A stretch of DNA of 64,000 nt, from positions 39,722,585 to 39,786,584 of the forward strand of contig JARDVH010000084.1 of assembly GCA_030324005.1 (NCBI GenBank), given 5' to 3'. The notes beneath the pieces were generated by a model that saw nothing but the letters and a program-made list of their open reading frames with translations, was not told the origin of the DNA and made no database searches. The translations under genes were made by a program, and so were the position numbers. How positions within the stretch are numbered: the stretch's first letter is position 1; every line of letters begins with the position of its first letter. This document shows positions 1-11,487 of the stretch, one piece after another. The DNA is from Negaprion brevirostris. Lineage: Eukaryota.

Positions 1-960
1 CAGTCATGTCTCATGAAGCTCAGTCCTTGGCCCATCATCAGCTGTGCCGAATGCTGTCTGTAATTCACAGGGGTTGCAGTTATTCTTTCTATCTTTATGG
101 CTTCCCTGGTATACATAGATTGTCTTGTTGCAATGCTCATCAACTTCAGTGGTTGAACTCCATCTTTAAGATACCGGTAGATCTGTTTCCACAACCGTCA
201 CTGATGCCCCAGGCATACCTTCATCTTCAGGGCCAGCCATTCACTATCACCGGTACTGTGATGGGGGCTACCTTGACTACTTCCATATTGTTTAATGACG
301 TTACATGTTGTTCCTTTGCTGGACTAATCCAGCACTGGGGCTGGATTATTTACTCTGCTTGTACTGGGCTGGCCCTGCTTTCTTCTACATTTGTGCCTTA
401 AATGATCTTTTGTTCTGCACCTGAAGCACTCTGCTCCTCTAAAACTGTACACTTCTGGGGAGTGACTTCCCATACATCAAAAGCATTCAGTGTTATACGA
501 AAGCTGCTTAAATCTTTGGTATTTAGGGATTCTTCCTCCTTTCGTATTGAACTCAGTGCTTGAGCTTGACCCCTTGCCCAGTCTTCTGGTGCCATTACTA
601 CTTGTGGTTTCCTGCCCTAACTGGTGGACCTTGATGCTTTGCTTGTTTTGTAACTCCTGGGTGCTGTCCTTGGCACTATCATTACTGACATCTCCATTGC
701 CTTCTTAAAAGTCAACTCAGACGATGCCAACAGTTTCCTATGTATGGCTGCACTATCCACACCGCATACTAATCAATCTCTTAACCTGTCTTTCAAAGCT
801 GACCCAAACTCACAGTGCTCTGCAACCTGCTTCAGCCTCACCACAAAGCTGCAATGGTCTGCCCTTAGACCCTCCCTGTTGAGTTAAACTTTGTACTGAG
901 GACTTTGGGTAGTAATGCCTCTCTGCATTTTGGGAGCATCCAAGGACATTAAACTTCAGA
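1..960 (-). mobile_element. Degenerate Ty3/Gypsy gag-protease fragment
   Basis: Minus strand encodes a CCHC knuckle (CFRCRTKDHLRHKC, ~388-429) followed by a protease-like PITVPVIVNG...GASVTVV segment with frameshifts and stops. Confidence 0.75.
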
Positions 961-2807
961 TCAAGTTATATGTCTGGGTCCCACATAAGGTAAGTAAAAT
1001 GATTTTCTTCGTCTTCTCCCCTTTCTATTCCTTTAGCACAAATAAGAATTATCCACCATCAAATTGTTAGTTTTACTTAGTTAGAGAAGCCTAGCATCTA
1101 GATTGAAGCTACATTAATATTTAAGTCACATTCTGCAGTTACGTATTCTGCTGTTTACTAACAGGAAAATTAGTCATTGCTTTTTAAATCCATAGTCCGC
1201 CTCGATTATCATTTGTCTGCTTTCTTCATTTACACTGCAATCACATTGCATGGTATTTCCCTGATGATATCTGGACAGTTATCTTCAATGAAATTGAACA
1301 ATTCTTACCTTATCCTATCGGGATATCTGGCAAACCACAACAAAACAAAAAAAATTTCTGCTTGCTAGGGGCTCTGTTCACCTATCCTTATGCAGTAATG
1401 CTGCTGTGACAATACCATAACCCAGTTCCCAAGGCCAGGGTCATTTGTTATGAAACACAGGCTCTTAAACAAGACCCAAGAGGGATCCTGCAGTTGCAAG
1501 GCTGCAAACTTCTGGTGAAAGCACTGCTACAGTGCTCAGTGACCCACATAGGAAGGGAAAGGAAGACATGTTTTAGGCCTCTACTGAGGTCAAGGTTTAA
1601 AGAGATAGGTTTCTGTTGACTTGTACAGAGAGTGAGGAGGTCATTACTGGGCTTGTTCATTCTCTGAAGTGATGGTGCCCAAGGGACAACCACCAACATC
1701 CTCCTGGCACACTATGAGGCTGGTGGAGATAGTGTAGTAAGTAGAAGAATGGATTGCCTTCCAAGAACACTTGCAACATAATTTAAGTGCAACAGGCAGA
1801 GTAGAGATATCTGACGACATTTCTAACAGGGCAGAAAAATTGAAGTCAGAAATGTACTGCTAAGTTTCAGTCCCTACTTTTGGCCCATGTTCTGCTGCTA
1901 TCCTGCTCAAAACCCCAGCTGCAAGTGCCCAAATGACTCTTGCCAGAGGCTGAATGCTCACAGATCACCTTTCTATGATGTAACATTTCAGGTTCAAGTT
2001 ATTTGAGTTCTGTTCAAGCGTAATTAAAAAGAATTAGCTCTGCACAGAATTTGTATGTAATATATCTGCTGCATGCTTTATTTTATGTGCAAGTTTATAT
2101 AACCAAAGTTTTTATTTTTTCAAATTGAATCACAACATGTTTGAGTTTCCTTTTTATAAGTAAGGAATTTGAAAATAAGGTAACAATATTTCCATTTGGA
2201 TCATCACAAAATTAATTTTCAGAATGTGCAACTTTACTTCTTGTGAAAAATTGTCGGCTAACCTGTGGAGATTGTAGGAAATTGAATCCGTGGAAAACTA
2301 GTGGTACAAAATTGAAACTAGATTCAATAATTAGGGGCAATGGTAGAAAGTTAAAGTTTTCTCAGTGTACATAACAGCTGTCATTAATTCAATTTCACCA
2401 GATCTTAAGTCATTTTATTGCATCAATCAACTAAGGGAGTTAAACCGACTGCAGCTGCTAAGCCTTTGCATAAAAAAGAGAAATATTTTTCTTGTCTGAA
2501 GGTCTGGAAAGCCTCTTGAAGCAAAGACATTAGTTCTGAACTTGTGAAAAGTCAATGGCAAACTCCCAAAGAGAACATTTCTATCACTGTCTGAGTCCAC
2601 ACCCTCCACCTGCTGACAGTCAGTCATCTTTCAACTTGCTTTCCCATCATGCACCTTCCTGTTGGGAGGTGGACAGAATCTTTAATTTGGGATTTCACCA
2701 GGGCTGATATCAATTCTGATTTCTGAATGCAAGAGTTTAATTTGAGCAACATGACTCCAATGAGGTCTGTTTTCTTCTTGGGAGGTGAAATGCTGTGCTT
2801 GCCTGCT

Positions 2808-2826
2808 GTGCTCCACCTAGTGGCCC
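2808..2826 (-). promoter_or_regulatory. CTCF-like motif
   Basis: GGCCACTAGGTGGAGCAC on the minus strand fits the CTCF core; motif match only. Confidence 0.4.
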
Positions 2827-5239
2827 TGCTGATTCAACTACCCTAATTCAAAGGGGCAGATCCAAGAGGCACATTAGGGTAAAGCTTTTGATTGATCAAT
2901 ATCAATAATTAGATCTTAATGCACTAGTATGGCATTCTCATGTATGATTTTTTTTGTGTAGACTTTTATCCTTTTAAAATTAACACATGTAGAAATGGCA
3001 CACTCAGGAATAAAGAACTAGCACATATTCACACATGAACTTCACCAATACAAATTTCTATCCTACTGTCAGGGGTCTCAACCTCTCATTGGTCATCGAG
3101 GTATGGCTACCAGTTTGACTGCTTGAATTTGCAGACTGTCAGGCAGTTTGTTCATTCGAAAGATTGGCAATTCCATTCAAAATTAAACAAAAATATGAAA
3201 AAGTTTGACTGTTTATTCTTAAAGAGAGTTGCATTTTACATCTCTATTATTTTAGAACAAGTCATTTGGCAATAGTGTGTTGCAATTTACATGCAGAATA
3301 ATACAAGGGAGCAACAGTAAAAATTGGTTTCATTGTGATAGTCAGATGGTCACTAGTACTTATTATAAATGTTATTTGTGGGCTATAAATTAACTCACAT
3401 TATTTTGTAATTTATCCTGGTTTGTTAACAGGGAAGAAGGGTTCTATTCTGCCTGGCGGTTGCTTGCTTTAGTATTACATCTTGTTATATTCATGGTTAG
3501 TTGAATTTTGAAACAAAATCTTTTTACAGCAGAAAATGATTTGCATAAAATGAATGTCATAATTCCATTTTTCACTATTAGGTTCCTTTGATGTAATAAT
3601 CACTACATTAAAAGTGGTGTTGCATATAAGTAATAACACACTAGCAACTGAGAAACCTTTAAGAAACATTTAACCTGAGAAACACTGCATTACTTGTGAG
3701 GCTGTCAGCGCAATAGTGTTATAATTTTTGAGCAACATAACATAATTACAAAATGTTAAGGTTTACACTGCAATATATTTACATGAACAACATCTTGCAA
3801 TTGTATAACACTTTTAACAGAGAATAAGTGATCCAAGGTCTTTCATAGAGTGTATAGAAACATTATGGATGCTGACCTAAAATAATACTAATAGGAATGG
3901 ACAAAAGCTTTGCTACAAAGGCAATATTTATTGTAATACGGTAACCAACTTATTCTGTCTATTTATATACCTGTAAATAATCGAAGGCTCCTTGCATATG
4001 CATCTTTGTTTACTTTTATTCACTTTGTTAATTACAAGCAATCAAACAATGACATGGTTGCGACTTTGAATTATCTCAGTTTGTGGCTCTAATTTGCAGC
4101 CAGTGGCAGCCAATATGTCTCCTCATTTCTTTGCCAAATTGGTTACTGGAGCAAGCTGGCCACTCTAGAGAATAAATGACATGCTCATTTGCTTTGTGGT
4201 AAGGATTGTCTCCTGTTGGATGAACCATGAGTCATCTGCAACCCCGGCGCTGGATATTTCCAGGTCCTCTTAATTGAAGGTGAAGGTGGGGGGGAGCTCC
4301 AGAATTACAATGTGGACATAGTTGCCAACTGCCTATATTCAGAATGAACAGCTTGTTTTTTGGATCTCCATTCATTCCGTTTGCACAGGGGCTGGCTAAG
4401 TAGCGTTTCTGGCTGTTGGCTGAATTCGTTCGATAAAGTATGGTAATTGTCTTCCTCTGTGCCTGCACAGCAGCATATTGCCTGCCATTTATCTATGGCT
4501 TTGGCGATGTTTTGAATCAATAACCTGGGAGAATTTTTATGCGGTATTACTAAGGTTTTACTCAGGTGCACGGATGGAGGTACAGGATGGAGGTGAGGCC
4601 TGACATCATGAGACCCGACAAGTCCATGACCAATATGCCACATACTAGTTCAAAGGAACAGATTTCAGTTAAAAGCAAACTGCCAAGAATAAAAACCAGT
4701 ATTGCACACAACTCCAAACCAGAGCATTGGGAACCTTACGATTATTTCTTCTTATAAACTGATTAACTTTATGCCAGTTGCACTACAAATAAAGACAGGC
4801 ATCTGCAATACCTACAGTAAACTGACAAAGAAACTAAGGCCTTAAATGTCAATATAATAAAATAGCCAATTTCTTACCTAAGATGGGGAAAGATAAAAGC
4901 TTAGTGAGTGTGACATTCAGCTCAATAAAATGATAACAACATTGTGGAGATATTCTTTCGGGTGATTTGATTCCAAATTTAGTCATGCCACATAAGAAAC
5001 ATAAGAAATAGGAGCACATGACAGTTATGCAATTTAGTTTCTTCAATAAGGCTTTACCCTTAACCTCTTTTGATTTTTTTTCTGTGTTTATTTGTTTGCC
5101 AACTCAAGTCCCATAGCATTTCTCATATTGTGAGAATTTCCTCTTTCCAACCTCGAAGAGGTCATACCTGAAATGCTGTCTTCTCTTTGTCTCACTGTGT
5201 TACAGTGATGACTGGACTCATGCAGCTGCTAACCAGAAT

Positions 5240-5412
5240 CAGTTTCCTGATCACTGGGCTATAATCTTGGAACTCTCTCCCTGATAGCACTGCAGGTGAA
5301 CCACAGAAGTTCAAGACAGCAGCCACCATCAACTCCACTGGGGCAATTAGGGATGGACAATAAATGTAGGCCTGGCCAGCAATGCTCAGATCACAAGATT
5401 GAATAAAAGAAA
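5240..5412 (+). mobile_element. 3' end of CR1-like LINE (second family)
   Basis: ggggcaattagggatggacaataaatg...ggccagc...gaataaaa tail; a related tail is at ~28625-28705 on the minus strand. Confidence 0.6.
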
Positions 5413-5829
5413 ACTGGTGTTTTAGCCTAGAGTGCCAACATACTTGCATATTTATTATTTTCCATTTAACCCACAGCAATAGAAATAGGTGGATCTCACA
5501 ATAAAAACTGAATGATGCTCATTCATATGTTGTACATAAAATAAAACCATTTGTTGCTTTGTAATTGTATCCTATCTTGCTAATGTTCTTTTCAGTCCAT
5601 GTTCCACAAATCTATGTGAAAATCGCCGAGTTACATTACCACTGAACTATCAGGCAATAAAAAAGGGACAGTTTGAATAGTAGGCAACGTACTGTCTGCT
5701 TGCAAAAGCAGGGGTGATGCTGCATTCGAGAAAATATCCAGCACAAAACCTGAAAATCTGCAACAAAAAGATTAACATAAGAATTGGAAGCAGGTCGTTT
5801 GTTTATTGACAATAAACAGCACTGAGTTG

Positions 5830-5960
5830 GGTACATGAATAGGGAAGGAATAGAGGGATATGGTCCAAGTAAGGGCAGCAGGTTTTTTTTAAGAGTATCA
5901 TGATAGGCAGAGGCTTGGAGGGTCAAAGGGCCTGTTTCTCTGCTGTACTTTTCTTTGTTA
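5830..5960 (+). mobile_element. HER1/CR1 LINE 3' tail fragment
   Basis: atagagggatatgg...gggcctgtttctctgctgta, typical of CR1 3' UTRs and similar to other copies here. Confidence 0.6.
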
Positions 5961-7109
5961 AAATGAAGTATTATTGAGCAGGAAATCACATGCAGGTCAG
6001 AGCCTATGAAAACTGCCCTTTTAAAATCCAGGCAATTCAGTGCTATTTACTCTTATAGTTCTTATGGCTTTACTTGCTCAATTTGAATTTTCTGGGCTCG
6101 TTTTGCGCAAAGGAATCATCTTCAAGTGTTTTTATCTCATTGTTGGGCAAAGCCTAATCAGAACACCAAGACTTGTTGGTATTACTAAGTTAAGATAGAT
6201 GTAAATTAATGAGAGCACTGATTTAAACATACCCATGTATCCCACAAAGACAAAGTAATGGATGTCCTGTTTTACAGAGGAGAGAATAGTTGGCAGTGGC
6301 TGTAAGGCAGTTATCTGAAATCTGTGGGTTCAACTGATATACTAAACCTTCTCTCCCATGGGTTATGACGTAATTGGAAGTGCGCAATTAAATTACTGCC
6401 TTGTAACCTCACTGCTAACCATCTACTCTCCTCAGTTTATTACCCATCTTCTAATATTAGAGAAGCAAGCATTAGTAACAGAAAGTGGACACAGGAAGCA
6501 TTAGGCAATCACTGCAAGTGGATTAGTTTTGACCAACCACTCGAAAAAGAACCTACAACTGCAAGCTCAATGTTTAAAAGATATAGAATTCAGTGTGAAT
6601 TCTGTTCTACAAAGCACAGATGTCCTGTATATTTCCTTACTTGCAAATTAGGTGAAAATTGCACCTTTTATCCAGTCAGTGATTAAATGAAACATTTATG
6701 TATTGTTAGAATTGCCCTCCTGGGGGAAACCTAATAATGAAAGCTGAATAAAAAGTAAAAACCCCACCTAATCAATGCACAGGAAAACATATGCATAAAG
6801 CCATTAAACAAAACTTTCAGATATGCAGATAAGTTCATATTCCATATCCACTGCCAGAATAACCAATACTACATTGCAAAAAGCAAATCTGTCACCTTTG
6901 TTTTGCTTTGCATTTTAACTGGTTTAAGAATTAATTGATATTCTGCACTAAAAGTCACAGATGAAGCATTTTTTTAAAGTTTCTCACTTTCTCCAATTGC
7001 CTCTCTGCTTGTTTCACACTCTGCAATACTTTTAGTTTCTCTGCCTGTTTATTTTTTAAACTTTTGGTGTCTCCATTTTTTTCTGTTGTATTGATCTGAT
7101 TCACATTCC

Positions 7110-7746
7110 TTCAGTGGTAAGCACTTCTGCCTCACGGTGCCAGGGACCAGGACCAGGGGTTCAATTCCGGTCTCGGGTCCCTGGCTGTGTGGAGCTTACA
7201 CAGTAAAAAGTCTGACAACACCAGGTTTTAGTCCAACCGATTTATTTGATAGTAAACTCACAAGCTTTCGAGGGGACTCCCTCTTTGTCAGGTGAATGGA
7301 GAGTTCTGGCCTCAGACAGAGCATATAAAGCACAGACAGTTTAGAGATTACTGATTAGAATGTGAATCTTTACACCTAACCTGCTGTTCAAGTCCTAAAG
7401 TGGCCGACAATGTGTGTGGAAGGAGCACTGGTCACAGGTTAAAGAGATGTGTATTGTCTCCAGACAGCACAATGAGTGAGGTTTTGCAAACCCAGGCAAC
7501 TCACGGGGGCTTGCACATTCTCTCCACCCCTGCATGGATTTCCTCTGAGTGCTCCAGTTTCTTCCCACACTCCAAAGATGTGTGGGTTAGATGGATTGGT
7601 GATGCTAAATTACCCTTTAGTGTCAGGGAGTCTAGCAGTATAAATATGGGAGGTTATGGGGTTAGGGCCTAGTAGGATTGTTGTTGGTGCAGGCCTGATG
7701 AGCCTAAAGGCCTCCTTCTGCATCGTAGGATCCTATGATTCTATGA
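7110..7746 (+). mobile_element. HE1-type V-SINE split by a Penelope-like insert
   Basis: tRNA-like head (gtggtaagcac...ggttcaattcc), V-domain (ttcccacactccaaagatgtg) and tatgattctatga tail; interrupted at ~7203-7503. Confidence 0.8.
7203..7503 (-). mobile_element. Penelope-like terminal repeat fragment with hammerhead-like motif
   Basis: aagtctgacaacaccagg...caagctttcgagg is nearly identical to 31950-32015; the minus strand reads CTGACAAA-GAGGG-agtc-CCCTC-GAAA. Confidence 0.6.
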
Positions 7747-8239
7747 TACTACTGATCTTTGTTCTCAGTTTTACTCCTTCCCTACTTCTGTCACTCCTCC
7801 ACATACATGTATCACACATTAGACAAACACCAACAGCGACATCCAGACGTTCACAGTCCAGTCCACTTCTATCATATAGATAACAGATACAGTAGGTGTG
7901 GAACCAAGAAATGGGGAGAGAGAGGCAAATGTGGAAAAATATATAAATTGAACATATTTACTGTCATGTCAAATCAAATTGGGTCGTATAACTGAAGGCC
8001 AACACCATTGCTGTTAGCACTGTAAAGTATGATATTTTCTCACTGATTCTTCATTTCATCTTCCATGATCAAATTCATATTGCAGTTCAGTTAGTGTTCT
8101 AACAATGTTCTATGATTGTACACTTTTAACAAAATGTGCAAAACATAAACATACTAGTGAGATCTAGCTGCAGAATTTCTATATGCTCCCATTTTTAAAA
8201 AATGCATACAGATCAACAGTGTGCAATTTTGTAGGTTTG

Positions 8240-8485
8240 CATTTCAATAACATCAGACTCAAGAATAGCTTCTTCCCTGCCACCATCAGACNNNNNNNNN
8301 NNNNNNNNNNNNNNNNNNNNNNNNNNNNNNNNNNNNNNNNNNNNNNNNNNNNNNNNNNNNNNNNNNNNNNNNNNNNNNNNNNNNNNNNNNNNNNNNNNNN
8401 NNNNNNNNGTCTGTACAGCGTGCAAGAAATAATGCTTTTCACTGTAAACTAATACATGTGACAATAATAAATCAAATCAAATCAA
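8240..8485 (+). mobile_element. Rex1/Babar LINE 3' end (spans an N gap)
   Basis: C-terminal peptide RLKNSFFPATIR, then tgtgacaataataaat and a (CAAAT)n tail. Confidence 0.7.
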
Positions 8486-9907
8486 GAAGCTGTAAGCATC
8501 AACATATTGGTGCCTCTTTTTTACTGATCAATCTCATCTACTGCTTTGCTCACCATATTCTTCATTTTCCGGAAGTTTCTATTGTGTCCAATTGAAATAT
8601 CCATTGGACTAAATATGACAATGGTTATTAGTAAACTGCGTGTTACCTAATCTCCTCAAGATCTAAGTTTCAGTGTCTTGCAGGATCTACATAAAGTTAC
8701 AACAGAATTTATTTACTAAGTTTCATAACAGTTCGGACCTTAGTAGGTTGAAAGCTTGTTTAGCTATTTATATAAACAAAAGTCACAACACAGTCCAATT
8801 ATTAGCTTACACACACATCCTGTATGTTAAATGCAACAAAAATTCATATGTTAAGCACAGCTAAGTTTCAAAAAATCTTCTTGCGCAGATTTTTGCTATG
8901 GTTAGTTTTTTCCACCAACTGACTTTAATCTTAAACATGATCAGCAAAGACATACCAATAATGAATGCTACTACAGCTGGAAAATTAATTTGTGATTGTC
9001 CATGTAAGTGCAATACTGAAGTGAGCTTATAATTTATCACTCAAGAAGCTAATGGTGATATGCACAACTGTTACACTGTGCCTCAGAGAATTCAACACCC
9101 TTCCACCCACCCATTTCCTGTGGGTAACCTTTCAGACTGAACACCAAGAATTTTGCTATCTAAATATAGCTGACTGAAAAACACATTTCTCTGCAAGCGA
9201 CATTTATTTAACTGTACTGTACAGAGGGCTGACTGAATTATTGTATTAATATTTGAAAGTGAAACTGCCTGCTCAGAATTACACCAATGTCCACTTGAAG
9301 CCTTCACTCCCATGGCAATTTTGAAAGCTTAAGCACAACATTTTTCAATTTTAATAATGCTTTCACAGTTAATCAGAATGATATTCATATTTCTCAGGTT
9401 TGCAATCTACAACAAGGTGCAAGGACTACTGTACTACTGAACTGAAGATTACTGCAAATCAGGTGAACTATCTGAGGATAAAGAAAAGTTCGCGCCTGTC
9501 TCAAATACATCCTCATCCACCATCATTACCATAGATCATGTGGTAAGATTAGATATTGAAAGCAATTCCTCCACCTGAAAAGAAATTCCAAAGTGAATAA
9601 TGAACAACAGCCTTGTCTTTCACAGCAACTTAGTGCGGGTATTAATTGAATTCACTGCAAGGTCCTGGTTGATATTTCTTCTGAGCTTTTTAATGGGCAG
9701 ACTCAATGTTGTACGGATTACCACAAAAACTCTCCACTACAAAGATGACATTCTGGCTTTCATAGCAAGTTTAAGCTGAAGATAATAGTCTACTACAGAG
9801 AAGATTTCTTTCAAGTTTCTATCTTATATTTTCAGTACCAGGTACCAATCAATAGGTGATCTACCTGAATGAAGACCTTAATGCTCAGTCATGCTAATGC
9901 TTGCAGA

Positions 9908-10041
9908 CCCGGGGCGGAATTTTCCCATCCCTCCCTCCACAGGAATTGTAGTGGGCAAGACACGAACCATGGAAGGTCCATTGACCTCGGATGGGATTTT
10001 ACGGCAATGAGGCGAGCGCGGCCGGAAAATCCCACTCCTGG
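9908..10041. mobile_element. MITE-like non-autonomous DNA element
   Basis: Imperfect terminal inverted repeats ggggcggaattttcc ... ggaaaatcccactcc around a GC/CpG-rich ~130 bp core. Confidence 0.55.
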
Positions 10042-10685
10042 AATCAGAAGCCTTGCTGGAAAATCTGAACTCGTGAAGGCTGATGTTGTTGAATAGAATT
10101 GCTGGAGCTCATTAAAACTGATAGCATTTAGTGCAACTGCACTCATTCTTTTGCCTGTCATCGATGTTGATGCAGTGTTGAATATGTCCTTGCATAAAAT
10201 ACATTCCACATTGATGTGAGGTGCTCAGTGGTTAAGAAACTAAACTGGTATGTTTTCTTATTCCATAGACGGAAGGTCTTTATATCTCACAGAAGAAAAA
10301 GACTTCAAATTAGAGAATCAGACCTGCAGCGCATCAAACTTGTTATTTTGTTTCTTTTAAGCTTGGGTTGGCTTTGACACAATATTCAAAGCTAACATCA
10401 CCAAGGACGCTGGCTGACAGTCACTGAATATAAAAATGCAGTTTTCATTGTTAGCTAACGTACCTAATGTCAAAGACTTCAAAAGAAACTTTACTATATT
10501 TAGGTCTTTTATTTAGAACCACCAATGGCATTTAATTCCTACAATCAATTCCCTAAGGGTTTAAGAGCAAATTGTTACAACACTTAGAAAAACACAGTTT
10601 AGTTTTTAAAGGACAGCTGTTCTTCAGCAGAGTTTATGTAGTGAATACTGCTGCGGTGTATCTTTCANNNNNNATTAATACATAC

Positions 10686-10748
10686 CATTTTCTGGCTGGT
10701 CCTTGATATCCTCACTTTCCTGGCTAGGACTTTCAGACTGACCTGAAT
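10686..10748 (-). CDS. NFIA: Nuclear factor I A internal coding exon (exon 3 equivalent), 63 nt, phase 1-1
   Basis: Minus strand reads tttctgtctttcag|ATTCAGGTCAGTCTGAAAGT...CCAGAAAATG|gtatgt. It translates (D)[20 protein letters not shown](G), closely matching recalled human NFIA [23 protein letters not shown]. The neighbouring exons were not found in the window. Confidence 0.93.
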
Positions 10749-11159
10749 CTGAAAGACAGAAAATATAAGCCGACCTATTAGAATAGATCATGGAAACTTT
10801 GTTGTAGAATCAGACCCTGTGTCACTGACAGTTGCATGTCCAAGCTACCTATTCTTATTTCTCTTCTTTCCCCAAAGCCTTCACTATTTTATATCTTTAA
10901 ATGCTTATCTTATTCTCTACTAAAGATTGACAGGAAGAATTTTCCAAGAACATCGATGGCTTCTAGAATGGCATCTAACAGTGCCTCAATAGTGTTTAAA
11001 ATAAGACATTCTCACAAGGCTTTCAAAACCTGTTGCAAACTATTAAATTCGGGATGATATGAATTAGTAACATCTCAGGAACTATGCCCTCACCCGGAGG
11101 CTGCAAATAATGGGTGTCTTTAATGGAGAGTGTCAGGAAATCGTCCTTAGCTCCAATTC

Positions 11160-11487
11160 GTAGAATCATGGAATCATAGAATCCCTACAGTGCAGAAAGA
11201 GGCAGTTCAGCCCATCAAGCCTGTACCAACAGCAATCCCACCCAGGTCCTATCCCTGTGACCCCATGCACTTACCCTGCTAATCCCCCTGGCACTAACGG
11301 GCAATTTACCCTGGTCACTCCACCTAACCAGCAGATCTTTGGACTGTGGGAGGAAACTGGAGCACCTGGAGGAAACACATGCAGGCACAGGGAGAATGTG
11401 CAAACACCACACAGACAGCCATCTGAACCAGAATTGAACCTAGCTTCCTGGCAACGTGAGGCAGCAGTGCTAATCACTGTGCTGCCC
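11160..11487 (-). mobile_element. HE1-type V-SINE
   Basis: tagaatcat tail, tttggactgtgggaggaaac V-domain and gcagtgctaatcactgtgc head, in reverse orientation. Confidence 0.88.

Larger units (their letters stand above)
1..10685 (-). other. NFIA: NFIA downstream intron (intron 3 equivalent), partial
   Basis: The next expected exon (HLGFQDSFVTSGVFSV...) was not found in 1-10685. Confidence 0.7.

Noticed and set aside
980-1000. Perfect plus-strand donor AAG|GTAAGT
   Set aside because: Antisense to NFIA, at the edge of a Gypsy remnant, with no supported exon.
4560-4600. Plus-strand micro-exon-like cag|GTGCAC...GAG|gtgagg
   Set aside because: Wrong strand for NFIA, no recognisable peptide and no partner exons.
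9445-9574. Frame VEELLSISNLTT-TGA-SMVMMVDED... as selenocysteine or readthrough
   Set aside because: Out of phase with the NFIA exon, the context is not TGA-CTAG, and no SECIS was seen.
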